Below the pieces are notes generated by a model. It was not told the DNA's origin, did not search any database, and saw only the letters and a program-made list of their open reading frames with translations. The translations under genes were made by a program, and so were the position numbers. A stretch of DNA of 63,517 bases, the filler included, from Archaeoglobus sp. JdFR-37 (GTDB lineage: Archaea; Halobacteriota; Archaeoglobi; Archaeoglobales; Archaeoglobaceae), in NCBI GenBank assembly GCA_002010215.1. It is 3 parts of 3 records of this genome, joined end to end, with 100 filler letters (N's around TTAATTAATTAA, not from the genome) between each part and the next. Parts side by side here need not be neighbours in the genome. Positions count along the whole stretch, not along the records: positions 1 to 27,058 come from MTMY01000015.1; positions 27,159 to 54,014 come from MTMY01000052.1; 1 more part is not named here. One strand, 5' to 3'. Shown one piece after another: positions 20,820 to 30,462 of this stretch (positions are counted from its first letter, which is position 1; each line of letters starts with the position of its first letter).

Positions 20820-21392
20820 ATGAAGTCTGTTGTTGTTTTTCCTGAGCGTTGTGTGGGTTGCATGCAGTGCATGTTTGAATGCGCCGTTTCTCACTCGCAG
20901 ATCAAGGACTTCAGAGCCATTTTTGAGGAGCCAATACCAAAACCCAGGATTCATGTGTATTCAACCATTGAAAACTACGCCTTTCCCAGCAAGTGCAGGC
21001 ACTGCGAGCCAGCACCTTGCATGGAGGCATGTCCGACATCTTCGGTGAAAAGAGAGGAGGGAATAGTTTTCGTTGACGTGAACAGGTGCATAAATTGTGG
21101 AATGTGTGCCATGGTCTGTCCTTTTGGGGCCATCAGATTTCATCTTGACTGGAAGAGAGTTGAGAGGCTACCAGTAAGCTACAAGTGCGATGGCTGTATC
21201 GAGCGGGTTTCTGAAGGTGAACTGCCTGCTTGTGTTGAAGCTTGCAAGACTGGTGCACTCAAATACGGTGATGTGAATGAGCTGGTAAAAGAGGAAGAGA
21301 GGCGCATAGCCTCCACTTACTCCCCTCTTTTCCAGAAAAAAGAGATTGTGCCTGAGAACTACAGATTGTGGGTTGAGTTGAGGAGGAGGTGA
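20820..21392 (+). CDS. cooF: CooF-like 4Fe-4S dicluster electron-transfer protein
   Basis: CVGCMQC, CRHCEPAPC, CINCGMC..CP and KCDGC..PACVEAC; directly upstream of cooS. Confidence 0.88.
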   Translation: MKSVVVFPERCVGCMQCMFECAVSHSQIKDFRAIFEEPIPKPRIHVYSTIENYAFPSKCRHCEPAPCMEACPTSSVKREEGIVFVDVNRCINCGMCAMVCPFGAIRFHLDWKRVERLPVSYKCDGCIERVSEGELPACVEACKTGALKYGDVNELVKEEERRIASTYSPLFQKKEIVPENYRLWVELRRR

Positions 21393-23260
21393 TGGTAATG
21401 GTTGAGGAGTATTCTGTTCATGCTGATGCTAGAGCCATGATAAGGAAATTGAGAGATGAAGGAATCCAGCTGGTTTGGGATAGGCTGGAGGAGCAGGAAC
21501 CTCAATGCGGTTACTGCGCTCTGGGTCTGAGCTGCAGAAACTGTGCCATGGGCCCGTGCAGAATTGACCCCTTCGGAGAAGGACCACAAAAGGGGGTTTG
21601 CGGAGCTGATGCAGATGTGATAGTGGCGAGAAATCTCGCAAGGGCAGTTGCAAGTGGTGCCGCCTCTCACAGCGACCACGGCAGGGATTTGGTGGAGGTG
21701 CTGGCAAAGGCCGGGAAGGTTAAAGCTTACACAATCAGAGATGTGGAGAAGCTTAAGAGGGTTGCTCAGGAGTATGGCATAGATGTAACAGACGCAAAAA
21801 GCGTTGAGGAAATAGCATTTGAGCTTGCTGAGGCCATGCTGGAAGATTTTGGTTCAAAGAAGGAAAGAATTCAGCTTCTCAGCAGAGCACCAAAGAAGAG
21901 ACTTGAAATCTGGGAAAAGCTAGGAGTCATCCCGAGGGGAATTGATAGAGAGGTTGTGGAAATCATGCACAGAACCCATATGGGAGTTGATAATGATCCT
22001 GTCAACCTGCTGCTTCAGTGCCTCAGAACGTCTTTAGCAGATGGCTTTGGAGGCTCAATGATAGCTACCGAAGTTTCGGACATACTTTTCGGAACTCCTG
22101 AGCCGAAAATGGCAGCGGTAAATCTAGCAACGCTGAAAGAAAATGAGGTGAATATAGTTCTTCACGGTCACAACCCCATAGTCTCGGATGCAGTTGTTGA
22201 TGCCGCATCAGATGATGAGCTGCTGAAACTTGCAAAAGAGGCTGGAGCTGAAGGGATCAACCTTGCAGGGCTTTGCTGCACAGGAAATGAGGTTCTCATG
22301 CGCAAAGGTGTTCCCATGGCAGGCAATCACCTGATTCAGGAGCTGGTGATTGGAACCGGAGTTGTGGATGTAATAATCGTGGACTACCAGTGCATAATGC
22401 CCTCCATCGTTGACATTGCAAAATGTTATCACACTACTGTTGTAACAACCTCGCCCAAAGCCAAGTTCAAGGGCGCAACTCACGTGGAGTTCACCCCTGA
22501 AGATGCCCACAAGAAGGCGAGGGAAGTGATCAGACTTGCCATAGAGAGGTTTAAGGAACGAAAGGCTGACCTCATAAAGATTCCGGACGTGAAGCCAGTT
22601 GAATTGATGACGGGTTTCTCCATCGAAGCAATTCTGAAGGCTTTAGGCGGTTCGCTGCAGCCACTGCTTGACGTCATTAAAGACGGCAGCATAAGGGGGA
22701 TTGTGGGTTCGGTAGGGTGCAATAATCCCAAATTGAAGCAGGATAACTCCCACATTGCTCTTGCAAGGAAGCTTATTGAGAATGATGTGCTTGTTGTGGA
22801 TACGGGCTGTGCTGCAGTTGCAGATGCCAAAGCAGGCCTGAAGACTCCTGAGGCTGCGAAACTTGCTGGAGATGGGTTGAGAAAGGTGTGCGAAGCTTTA
22901 GGCATCCCGCCTGTGCTTCATTTGGGCTCGTGCGTCGACAATTCCCGCATTCTCGTTGCTCTCTCGGCCATAGCCAACGAGCTGGGCGTTGATATAAGTG
23001 AGTTGCCAGTTGCCGGGGCAGCGATGGAGTGGTATTCTGAGAAAGCCATTGCAATAGGAGCCTACTTCGTTGCTTCAGGCCTTCTGGTTGTGCTTGGAGT
23101 GCCGCCACCCATCTACGGAAGCAAGCTGGTTCTGGATGTGCTGACTGAGAAGGTAGAGGATCTAACCGGAGGAAAGTTTGTTGTTGAACCTGACCCCGAC
23201 AAAGCAGCGGAAATAATACTGAGGCACATTGAAGAGAAAAGGAAGAACCTTGGAATCTGA
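21389..23260 (+). CDS. cooS: Anaerobic Ni-dependent carbon monoxide dehydrogenase catalytic subunit
   Basis: C-cluster ligand motifs HGHNP, LCCTGNE, DYQC, GCNN, TGC, GSCVD and SEKA all present; B-cluster CxxCxxxxC. Confidence 0.95.
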   Translation: MMVMVEEYSVHADARAMIRKLRDEGIQLVWDRLEEQEPQCGYCALGLSCRNCAMGPCRIDPFGEGPQKGVCGADADVIVARNLARAVASGAASHSDHGRDLVEVLAKAGKVKAYTIRDVEKLKRVAQEYGIDVTDAKSVEEIAFELAEAMLEDFGSKKERIQLLSRAPKKRLEIWEKLGVIPRGIDREVVEIMHRTHMGVDNDPVNLLLQCLRTSLADGFGGSMIATEVSDILFGTPEPKMAAVNLATLKENEVNIVLHGHNPIVSDAVVDAASDDELLKLAKEAGAEGINLAGLCCTGNEVLMRKGVPMAGNHLIQELVIGTGVVDVIIVDYQCIMPSIVDIAKCYHTTVVTTSPKAKFKGATHVEFTPEDAHKKAREVIRLAIERFKERKADLIKIPDVKPVELMTGFSIEAILKALGGSLQPLLDVIKDGSIRGIVGSVGCNNPKLKQDNSHIALARKLIENDVLVVDTGCAAVADAKAGLKTPEAAKLAGDGLRKVCEALGIPPVLHLGSCVDNSRILVALSAIANELGVDISELPVAGAAMEWYSEKAIAIGAYFVASGLLVVLGVPPPIYGSKLVLDVLTEKVEDLTGGKFVVEPDPDKAAEIILRHIEEKRKNLGI

Positions 23261-23275
23261 GCTGGGAGATTCAGC

Positions 23276-24466
23276 ATGATCGGGATAATAGGGGCCGGGC
23301 CAGCTGGAATAACCGCAGCAGAGACTCTGAGAAGCTATTCAGACTCACACATTACCATTTTTTCCTCCGAAAGCCATCCACCTTACAATCCAGTACTTCT
23401 CACTACGCACCTGAAAACTGGTGGAGATAAGGTCTTTTGGAAGGGGAAAGATATTCTTGAAAGACTCAATGTTGATGCGAGGCTTGGCGAGAAGGTGGAA
23501 AGGCTGGATGTTAAAAACAGAAGGATCATCACTGAGAAAGGGGATTACGTGTTCGACAGACTTGTTATAGCTTCTGGAAGCAGGCTATATGCTCCCCTGA
23601 AGGGCCTGCATCTACCCAACGTTTACAACTTCAAATCCCTCACCCAAGTTCAAAACCTCCGCTCTCAAATTAAGGAAAGAAAAAAGGCAGTTGTTGTAGG
23701 TGGAGGTTTTCAGGGGACTGAGATAGCTCTCGCACTGTGTGAAATGGGGCTGGAAGTAACACTTATTGAGGCAACAGATAGGATCATGCCCGACAGGCTG
23801 GACAAAAAAACATCTAGGTTCATCGAAGAGGTCCTGGAGAGCAAGGGGGCAGAACTGGCATTTAACAGCTTTGGTGTCGAATTTGTAGGTGATGGGGTTT
23901 GCAGGGCTGTTATTACCAAAGATGGGGATGAATTCGCTGGAGACATATTCATTGCAGCAACTGGCATGACTCCGAACATCGATTTCTGCAAAAAGGAGCT
24001 GGAAATTTCAAAAGGTATAATCGTCAACGAATATATGGAGACCTCGCAAAATGGCATTTACGCCTGTGGAGATGTTTGTGAGACGAGAAACAGGATAACT
24101 GGAGAGAGAGAAATTTTTGCAAATTACTGGAACGCCGTGAGACAGGGAAGGATTGCAGCCCTCAACCTTCTAGGACATAGGATCCCCTACGATGGGTCAG
24201 ATGTCATGAACAGTCTTAAAAAACTGGGATTCCACTTTATTGTTGCTGGAGATGTTAGCGGTGAATACGAAGAGGTTGAGAAAAGAGGAAACTACTGGAG
24301 ATTCTACATCAAAGATGGACGGCTTATAGGCTACATAATCGTGGGAGATATATCTAATGCGGGTTTATTCTACAAGTTGATGCTCTCAGGCGAAGATGTC
24401 AGCAGATTTAGACCTCTACACCAGTTAAAAGATTCTGATTTTGTTTTTAGAACCATCCAACAGTGA
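23276..24466 (+). CDS. FAD/NAD(P)-dependent oxidoreductase (CODH-associated)
   Basis: GAGPAG, VGGGFQGTE and YACGD motifs; third gene of the cooF-cooS cluster. Confidence 0.85.
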   Translation: MIGIIGAGPAGITAAETLRSYSDSHITIFSSESHPPYNPVLLTTHLKTGGDKVFWKGKDILERLNVDARLGEKVERLDVKNRRIITEKGDYVFDRLVIASGSRLYAPLKGLHLPNVYNFKSLTQVQNLRSQIKERKKAVVVGGGFQGTEIALALCEMGLEVTLIEATDRIMPDRLDKKTSRFIEEVLESKGAELAFNSFGVEFVGDGVCRAVITKDGDEFAGDIFIAATGMTPNIDFCKKELEISKGIIVNEYMETSQNGIYACGDVCETRNRITGEREIFANYWNAVRQGRIAALNLLGHRIPYDGSDVMNSLKKLGFHFIVAGDVSGEYEEVEKRGNYWRFYIKDGRLIGYIIVGDISNAGLFYKLMLSGEDVSRFRPLHQLKDSDFVFRTIQQ

Positions 24467-24714
24467 CAACTCTTACTCGAGCTTACGGGTAATCGATTCA
24501 TTTACAGCAACCCTTGATAGGCACCCCCTCCCGTGATTTTGGGTGCAAGTAAAGAGAAAGAGAGATACGAGAAAGTGAATAACAGGATAGCAAGGAATTT
24601 AAGGCAACATCTTTTGATGATGGGTCAGCAACGCTTTCAAGTTTACCCTTACATCTGGGGGATTCATAGAATATGTTGAAGTAAAGTGGAAATAAAGTTT
24701 TAAAAAAGTGAACG

Positions 24715-25149
24715 ATGAACGACATATACCTGATAAAATACTTCTTGATCAGCTATATGTTGCTCTGGATAATTGCAACTCCCGCAATGCTTCTGGCTCT
24801 ATTCGCATACGGAATTTCATTCTCAACAGATTATGAAGCATTCATAGGGAGCATTCCGCTTTATCTAAGTTGCTCAATTGTTTATCTCTCTGCCATTCCA
24901 AGTTATTACATCCCTGCAAACCTCTATTTCAAAAAAGTGCAAAGAAAGCTAAGAAAGTTGACCAGTAAATTTGTGTTAAAAACGGCATTCGTTTTCTGGG
25001 GATTATCCATGCTTTTGGATGTTATATTCGTTATCCTTATAGCTGGAATAAATATATTCACCTATCCCTTTAACTGGATTTATCTGGGCGTAAGTCCTTT
25101 GATGGTTATTTCAGTATATCTTGCAGGGATGCGAAGAAAGGAGTTTTGA
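24715..25149 (+). CDS. Hypothetical membrane protein
   Basis: About four hydrophobic segments; AT-rich. Confidence 0.55.
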   Translation: MNDIYLIKYFLISYMLLWIIATPAMLLALFAYGISFSTDYEAFIGSIPLYLSCSIVYLSAIPSYYIPANLYFKKVQRKLRKLTSKFVLKTAFVFWGLSMLLDVIFVILIAGINIFTYPFNWIYLGVSPLMVISVYLAGMRRKEF

Positions 25150-25213
25150 GTGAGAGTGAAGTAAAGGTTGACACCTCACCAAACCAAATACTTCTTATTC
25201 CTAATGATATATA

Positions 25214-25567
25214 ATGAAGCTTCCCGATGCAGCCCTGAAAGCATTTAAAGGGGAATCGCTTGATGAACCTGTTAGGCTATCTATCAAAATTGATGACAAA
25301 AAACATCAAGTCTTCATTGGTTTCGGCTTCATAAGTGTTCCATCAGTGAGATTTGACATGAACAGACTCGGGGAGATCGAGAAGAGGTACGATTGCCGCA
25401 CACGCATTTCTGGAAATGGTTGCGTCGTCGTTCCTGAAAGCGCCGCTGAGATAATCGACAGAGAGGGCGTTCTCTGCTCGTCAATAGAAGAGCACAGAAA
25501 AGTTCTGGATGAGTGGTTCAGGAAGCATGCAGGAAAGGTTATTGGTTTACTGATAGCGGGCGAATAG
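25214..25567 (+). CDS. Hypothetical protein
   Basis: 117-aa ATG ORF with plausible composition. Confidence 0.55.
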   Translation: MKLPDAALKAFKGESLDEPVRLSIKIDDKKHQVFIGFGFISVPSVRFDMNRLGEIEKRYDCRTRISGNGCVVVPESAAEIIDREGVLCSSIEEHRKVLDEWFRKHAGKVIGLLIAGE

Positions 25568-25761
25568 TTTTTGTTGTATGTGGGCTGGTTATACCCAGTA
25601 TCTTGTTCACATACGGCCATCTTAAAAGGATAAGGGATGATACATAAGTAGATATTCAGGCTTGATGGGTAATGTAGAGCTACATCAACTTCTCATCGAA
25701 GTTTCTTATCAGACTGCCAATCATTGGTAAATAAAAGTAAATTAAAAAAGACCCTATTCAC

Positions 25762-26751
25762 CTAGGCCTTCCTGAGAATATCAAGCACATCCTTTACATA
25801 TTGTAGTTCTTTCAGAGTAGGGGTGAGTTGTAGCAAGACATGATCTATGCCAATACTCTCCAGTTGCCTGATCTTTTCAGCAACTGTTTCAGGAGAGCCT
25901 ATCAGTCCCGTATCCAAGGTGCGGTCGAGCACGTTTTTTCTACCTCCCGTTAGCCGCCTCATATACTTTCTAGCTTCATCATCCGTATCTCTGATAAAGG
26001 TCAAAGCAGGGATGGCAAATTCTATTTCAACCCTTCCTTTCCTTTTCAGGCGTTGCTGCATGTCAGCGATGTTCTTCTTTGCTTCTTCAAGGTTGCATCC
26101 GCGCATAAGCCAGCCGTCTGCCAGCTCAGCCACGAGGTTGCGGGACGCCTCTGACACCCCTGCATACCACACCGGAGGCTTTGGTTCCGGCTTCGGTTCA
26201 AGAACGCCATTGGTTATCGAATAATACTTTCCGTTGAACGTCACGCTATCTTCCTGCCAGAGCCTTTTGATAATCTTAATTGCCTCTCCTGCACGGGCCA
26301 CCCTTTCATCATGTTCGTAAAATGGTAGGCCATAAGCTTCGTATTCCCGCTTGAACCAGCCTGCTCCAATACTGAGCCAGAATCTGCCGTTACTAATCTC
26401 GTTCAGAGTGGCTGCTTGCTTCGCCAGAACTGCAGGGTAGCGAAACGCCTCACAGAGAGTAGTGTGAGCAATAATCACTTTCTCGGTTGCTTCGGCAATT
26501 GCTGTGGCAAGAGTCCAAGCTTCTAACGAAGGAGCCCGTTCGCCTTTTATTGGATTTAACATGTGATCTGGAATCCAAAGAGAATCTACTCCAATCTTCT
26601 CAGCCTCAAGAGCTACCCGCTTTACGTATGCGTATGTAGGCTGCTCTTCTTCCTCTCCAGAAAAATAGGCTCCATCAGCCATAGCTTTGCCCGATTCACG
26701 ACTTGGTAACCACCCTCCGTAAACAGGCAAGTATATGCCGATCCTAATCAC
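25762..26751 (-). CDS. LLM-class (luciferase-like) flavin/F420-dependent oxidoreductase
   Basis: SLWIPDH, LEAWT, FRYPAVLAKQAATL..ISNGRF..GAGW..EY and ADGW. Confidence 0.88.
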   Translation of the reverse strand: MIRIGIYLPVYGGWLPSRESGKAMADGAYFSGEEEEQPTYAYVKRVALEAEKIGVDSLWIPDHMLNPIKGERAPSLEAWTLATAIAEATEKVIIAHTTLCEAFRYPAVLAKQAATLNEISNGRFWLSIGAGWFKREYEAYGLPFYEHDERVARAGEAIKIIKRLWQEDSVTFNGKYYSITNGVLEPKPEPKPPVWYAGVSEASRNLVAELADGWLMRGCNLEEAKKNIADMQQRLKRKGRVEIEFAIPALTFIRDTDDEARKYMRRLTGGRKNVLDRTLDTGLIGSPETVAEKIRQLESIGIDHVLLQLTPTLKELQYVKDVLDILRKA

Positions 26752-26818
26752 CTTTTCACCTCTTTAATTTTTCAACGCTACTCCGTTTGAGCACTATAAT
26801 TCTCAGGTAATTTTCAGC

Positions 26819-27058
26819 TTACCCAAGTATCTGCCTCGATATCAACAACTTCATGATCTCCGAAGTACCTTCAGCAATATCAATTATCTTGGCATCCCTG
26901 TAAGCCCTGTCCGCTGGAGTCCCTGCTATGATCCCATACCCCCCGTGTATCTCCACAGCCACATCTGCAGCCCTCTTAACCACTTCAGCAGCCTTGAGCT
27001 TGCACATCGCTCCCAACACAGTAGCGTCGCCTTGATTCGCAACCTCAGCCGCATAATA
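26819..27058 (-). CDS. Acyl-CoA dehydrogenase, C-terminal part (5' end lost in assembly gap)
   Basis: AVEIHGGYG..YRDAKIIDIAEGTSEI; frame is open up to the N-run. Confidence 0.85.
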   Translation of the reverse strand, partial: YYAAEVANQGDATVLGAMCKLKAAEVVKRAADVAVEIHGGYGIIAGTPADRAYRDAKIIDIAEGTSEIMKLLISRQILG

Positions 27059-27158
27059 NNNNNNNNNNNNNNNNNNNNNNNNNNNNNNNNNNNNNNNNNN
27101 NNTTAATTAATTAANNNNNNNNNNNNNNNNNNNNNNNNNNNNNNNNNNNNNNNNNNNN
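27059..27158. other. Artificial contig-join spacer
   Basis: N-run with central TTAATTAATTAA (stops in all six frames). Confidence 0.95.
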
Positions 27159-27337
27159 AGCTCTGAATGTCCTTTTAGTTGGGATGGTTGTTACGATGGG
27201 TTTTAGAGAAAAGAGGGTGTTGCAGAGGTTGGCTGAGATGTGATTTGAGAAGGACCCTAATAGAAGAGATCTTAGATTGGTGGGAGGAAAATAGAAATAA
27301 AAGGTTTGAAATCACGAGGCAGGTTTTAACCAGACTC
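27159..27337 (+). mobile_element. Possible 3' end of an IS5-family insertion sequence
   Basis: Contig starts with ..ALNVLLVGMVVTMGFREKRVLQRLAEM* (stop 27241-27243), recalled as similar to archaeal IS5-family transposase C-termini; candidate right end ..TTAACCAGACTC at 27337. Confidence 0.4.
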
Positions 27338-27388
27338 TATTAGGGATCTTATTTTCTAAATCGTTCTCTTGTTCAGATCCAAGCAATC

Positions 27389-27601
27389 TTATTTTTCTTT
27401 AATTTGCCGTTTATACTTACCGTAATAAACAATTGCATTTGTAAACCAGAGTGAAGTCATAATCAATCCCAAAATTCTTGATGTGTCGTTGCCGAAAATG
27501 GTAATATACAGCCACGAAAGCCCCAAGATGAAGAATGAAACTGCCAGACCTCTGTCTCGTTTGCCCCAGTCTGTAGTCCCCTCACTTTCGCTGACCGACA
27601 T
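27389..27601 (-). CDS. Small two-TM hypothetical membrane protein
   Basis: 70 aa with two hydrophobic helices. Confidence 0.5.
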   Translation of the reverse strand: MSVSESEGTTDWGKRDRGLAVSFFILGLSWLYITIFGNDTSRILGLIMTSLWFTNAIVYYGKYKRQIKEK

Positions 27602-27616
27602 AAATACCAGCCTTTA

Positions 27617-28123
27617 CTACCACATCTCAAGAAAACCTCTGAGCTCTGTTACCCCTTTAACCCTTAAATCAGGGTTACATTCACCATTCTAGCTCTGCTT
27701 CAGGACTTTCTGGAACTCTACCTTAACAGTTATCACACCAATTCCTTTCTTCTTAAGCTCGTTTATTGTCGTGGGTTTGTCATCAACAACTACAATCCGG
27801 TGTGGCTCTACGTGGTATTTTTTCGTAATAGCTTTGATGGCTTCAAATCTATCTTTGTTGTCTTCTCCAACGATAATAATTTCTTCAAAATATTCTGCGA
27901 GGCCGCTTTTTAGTATTCTCTACTTCTTAACTCCCCTCTTCCCATCATTTTCTGCTAGAATCACAAGCACAATGCCCCGCCCTTTGAGGAATCCCAACAC
28001 CTCTATAACACCGTCCAAAATCTCTGTTTTTTCAGCCTTCTTTTTCCAGAACTCCTCCAAGAGGTCGTCGAGCATTTGCTCTTTAACATCCACCCCAAAC
28101 TCTTTAAAGAGTTTTGGCCACTA
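27617..28123 (-). pseudogene. HAD-superfamily hydrolase pseudogene (N-terminus missing)
   Basis: Single frame: ..ILDGVIEVLGFLKGRGIVLVILAE..KK*RILKSGLAEYFEEIII..IVVVDDKP..QS*NGECNPDL..; TAG at 28121, 27920 and 27689. Confidence 0.7.
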
Positions 28124-28133
28124 GGTCCCTCGT

Positions 28134-28409
28134 ATGTGTATAGGTTCAGATGTTGATGAGAAAAATACCAACATAAGTTCGAGACGAACCAGAGATGACA
28201 CCAACCACATAAAAATTGGAACTAAAAAATATGGAAACGATGTCTACGTTTATTTCAGGCGGAGAAGTGTCCCGAGGTCGTTGCAAAAAATAAACGGAAA
28301 AACATGGAAAGAAGCTGCAAAAGATCTCGGCCTCTCAATTCCGAGCCTGTTCATCCTCTTGAACCACTCTATGAAAGCAGGAATTATAAAGGAGGTGAGG
28401 ATAAGGTGA
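28134..28409 (+). CDS. Hypothetical protein, C-terminal HTH-like segment (island remnant)
   Basis: TWKEAAKDLGLSIPSLF helix-turn-helix-like pattern; start uncertain. Confidence 0.35.
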   Translation: MCIGSDVDEKNTNISSRRTRDDTNHIKIGTKKYGNDVYVYFRRRSVPRSLQKINGKTWKEAAKDLGLSIPSLFILLNHSMKAGIIKEVRIR

Positions 28410-28516
28410 AAATCAGACAAATCCTTGAAAAGGTTGTTAAAGACATATCACAGGAGTATGGGATTCCCGAGGAAGAAGTCTGGGAAGCAGTACTAAAATT
28501 AAAAGAAATGAGGTAG
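28406..28516 (+). CDS. Small hypothetical protein (36 aa)
   Basis: GGAGGTGA RBS, then GTG: MKIRQILEKVVKDISQEYGIPEEEVWEAVLKLKEMR. Confidence 0.45.
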   Translation: MKIRQILEKVVKDISQEYGIPEEEVWEAVLKLKEMR

Positions 28517-28567
28517 GTCAATTTCTAATTTTATCATTCATCTTTAGCTCATCCAGTACCATTTGCC

Positions 28568-29731
28568 TTATCCTGTTTCAATTTTTCTCCAGATTTCATC
28601 ATCCAACGCCACATCGATAATTTCTTCTTCCCTGAACTCCGTCACTAGCCTTGCCGGATCCAGAGCTGCCTTACACTTCCAGCAGCGTTGTCTAAAAGGC
28701 TCGTTGAATTCTCCGCATAGGTTGCACTTGACTGGCGAGAGTTTTTTGACTTTTGGCTCCGCTTCAGCCTCACTTATCAGGCCAAGCTCTTTCAGAATCT
28801 TTCTGTCCGTATCAGCATCGACGAGCTTGGTGTACCTCTTGAGGTATTTCGACCCAGGTACGTGGCCGCTTCTCTTGCATAGCTGCATCTCTGTCAACAA
28901 TACCGACCACATAGTCATACCTGTGTGCCTGAACTTGTACGGAGAGAAGCGTTTGTTCTTCTTGATTTTCGCTCTCCTGAACAGTCTGTCGAGAATGCGG
29001 TTGTACGCAGCGTTATCGATGGGTACAACGACTCCCTGGCGGAACCTATTCAGATCGATCCACATAGGTGCAGTGGGTCCATCCTTCAGCGGATGAGCGT
29101 TTAGCCACCGCGAGATGTAAGGCAGCGAGAAGCTCAGGTGAGGAGATCTACGTCTCGTTTTGCTCCTCCTCATTTCAACTCTGATGCCCCAGGAATCTCT
29201 GATGAAGTCACCCACTGTCAGCGTTAGTACCTCCTCTGGTCGACAAGCTAGGTCGAGGTGACACATTATCAATGCTGGATCCCTATCGTTCATGGCGACG
29301 CTGACGAGCTTGAGGACTTCGTCGACGGTGAGAAGGTCGTCTCTTGTCAGCTCGTTATCTCTTGGCTCTTTTCTTCTTACTTTAGAAGCAAGTTCTGGAC
29401 ATTTTAGGATATCCCTCAGGAAGAACCTTATCGCCTTTTTGTACTCATTCAAAGCGTTGAGCTTGTACCCGGCCAGCTCAAGCTGTGCGAGCACTTCATC
29501 TAGGTAGTCCTCGTCTTTAAGTCTCTCAAGCTCTACATCGTACTTCTCGCAAAGTATTCGCAGGCTGCCGAACTCCCTTTGAACTCTGGGTAGGCTAACC
29601 CCTTGTGCCAACCTTCTGTTCTTTTATTTCAGAATTAGCACCTTGTTCTTTTGGGATATTGGGCTCTTCTCAAGCAGCTCAAGCTCTCTCTTAAGTCTAC
29701 CCTCCCAGTCGATGCTGCGCCATTTACTCAT
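28568..29731 (-). pseudogene. Tyrosine recombinase/integrase with C-terminal Zn ribbon, interrupted by an in-frame TAA
   Basis: Catalytic R (LACRPEE), K (RSKT), YKFRH, GH and Y (KRYT); CNLC..CWKC; frame extends to ATG 29731 through TAA at 29624-29626; adjacent to tRNA 3' end. Confidence 0.8.
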
Positions 29732-29779
29732 GTCTACTTTCTGTACCACGTTCTTACTGTTTTCAGAATTGGTATATAA

Positions 29780-29812
29780 GGGGTTGAACTTCGTTACTGG
29801 GCGTTCAACCCC
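29780..29812. repeat. 10-bp perfect inverted repeat between tRNA-Arg and integrase
   Basis: GGGGTTGAAC-N13-GTTCAACCCC. Confidence 0.7.
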
Positions 29813-29820
29813 CGAATTAG

Positions 29821-29892
29821 TGCCCCGGCCGGGAATTGAACCCGGGTCCGGGAGTCCGCAGCCCCCGAGGATATCCGCTACCCCACCGGGGC
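29821..29892 (-). tRNA. tRNA-Arg(GCG)
   Basis: GCCCCGG/CCGGGGC-A acceptor; anticodon arm GGGGG-CT-GCG-GA-CTCCC; TTCAATT T-loop. Confidence 0.93.
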
Positions 29893-29997
29893 TAAGTTGG
29901 GGTAAACTTGGAATGTTACATCAGTTAAAAAAGGATTTCGGATGGAAGAAAAGTATAAACCAGTATAAAACCACAAACCTAAAAAATTGAGTGGTAG

Positions 29998-30462
29998 GTG
30001 AAGAATATGGGAGAAACTGCGTTGAAGATTCTCCTTTCAGCACTGCCAGTCCTTATTCTGGTTTCAAGCACAATCATGGCCCTAGTTGAGAGTAACTGGG
30101 ATGTTGAGGCGGCTATATTCGGCAACATACCTGAAGTAATGAAGAATATTGCTGTGGAGATCAGAGAAGATGCATTTAAGGTAAAAGATATCAGCCTTTC
30201 AGGCGATATGGTTGAGGTTACGGCCGAGTTCACATCACCTTTCAGCTTTCCGGTTACAATAAAAGACGTAACCTTTGAGGCAGTTAGCGGTAAAGAGAGT
30301 ACAACGTTGAAACTTGAGAATGAAGTTGTAGTCCCACCAAATGGCGTTAAAGAGATCAAACTCTCTGGCAAGGCAATCATACCTTCGGAAAAAGTAGAAT
30401 TTACTAATTTCAGAGTAGTTGTAGAGTTCTATGGAGTTACACTGGAGGTGTCCCAGCCATGA
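29998..30462 (+). CDS. Hypothetical membrane-anchored beta-rich protein
   Basis: N-terminal hydrophobic helix, then beta-strand pattern; 4-nt overlap with next gene. Confidence 0.6.
   Translation: MKNMGETALKILLSALPVLILVSSTIMALVESNWDVEAAIFGNIPEVMKNIAVEIREDAFKVKDISLSGDMVEVTAEFTSPFSFPVTIKDVTFEAVSGKESTTLKLENEVVVPPNGVKEIKLSGKAIIPSEKVEFTNFRVVVEFYGVTLEVSQP

Noticed and set aside
27103..27114. TTAATTAATTAA palindrome within N-runs (also at about 54059-54070)
   Set aside because: Artificial six-frame stop linker used to join contigs; not biological.
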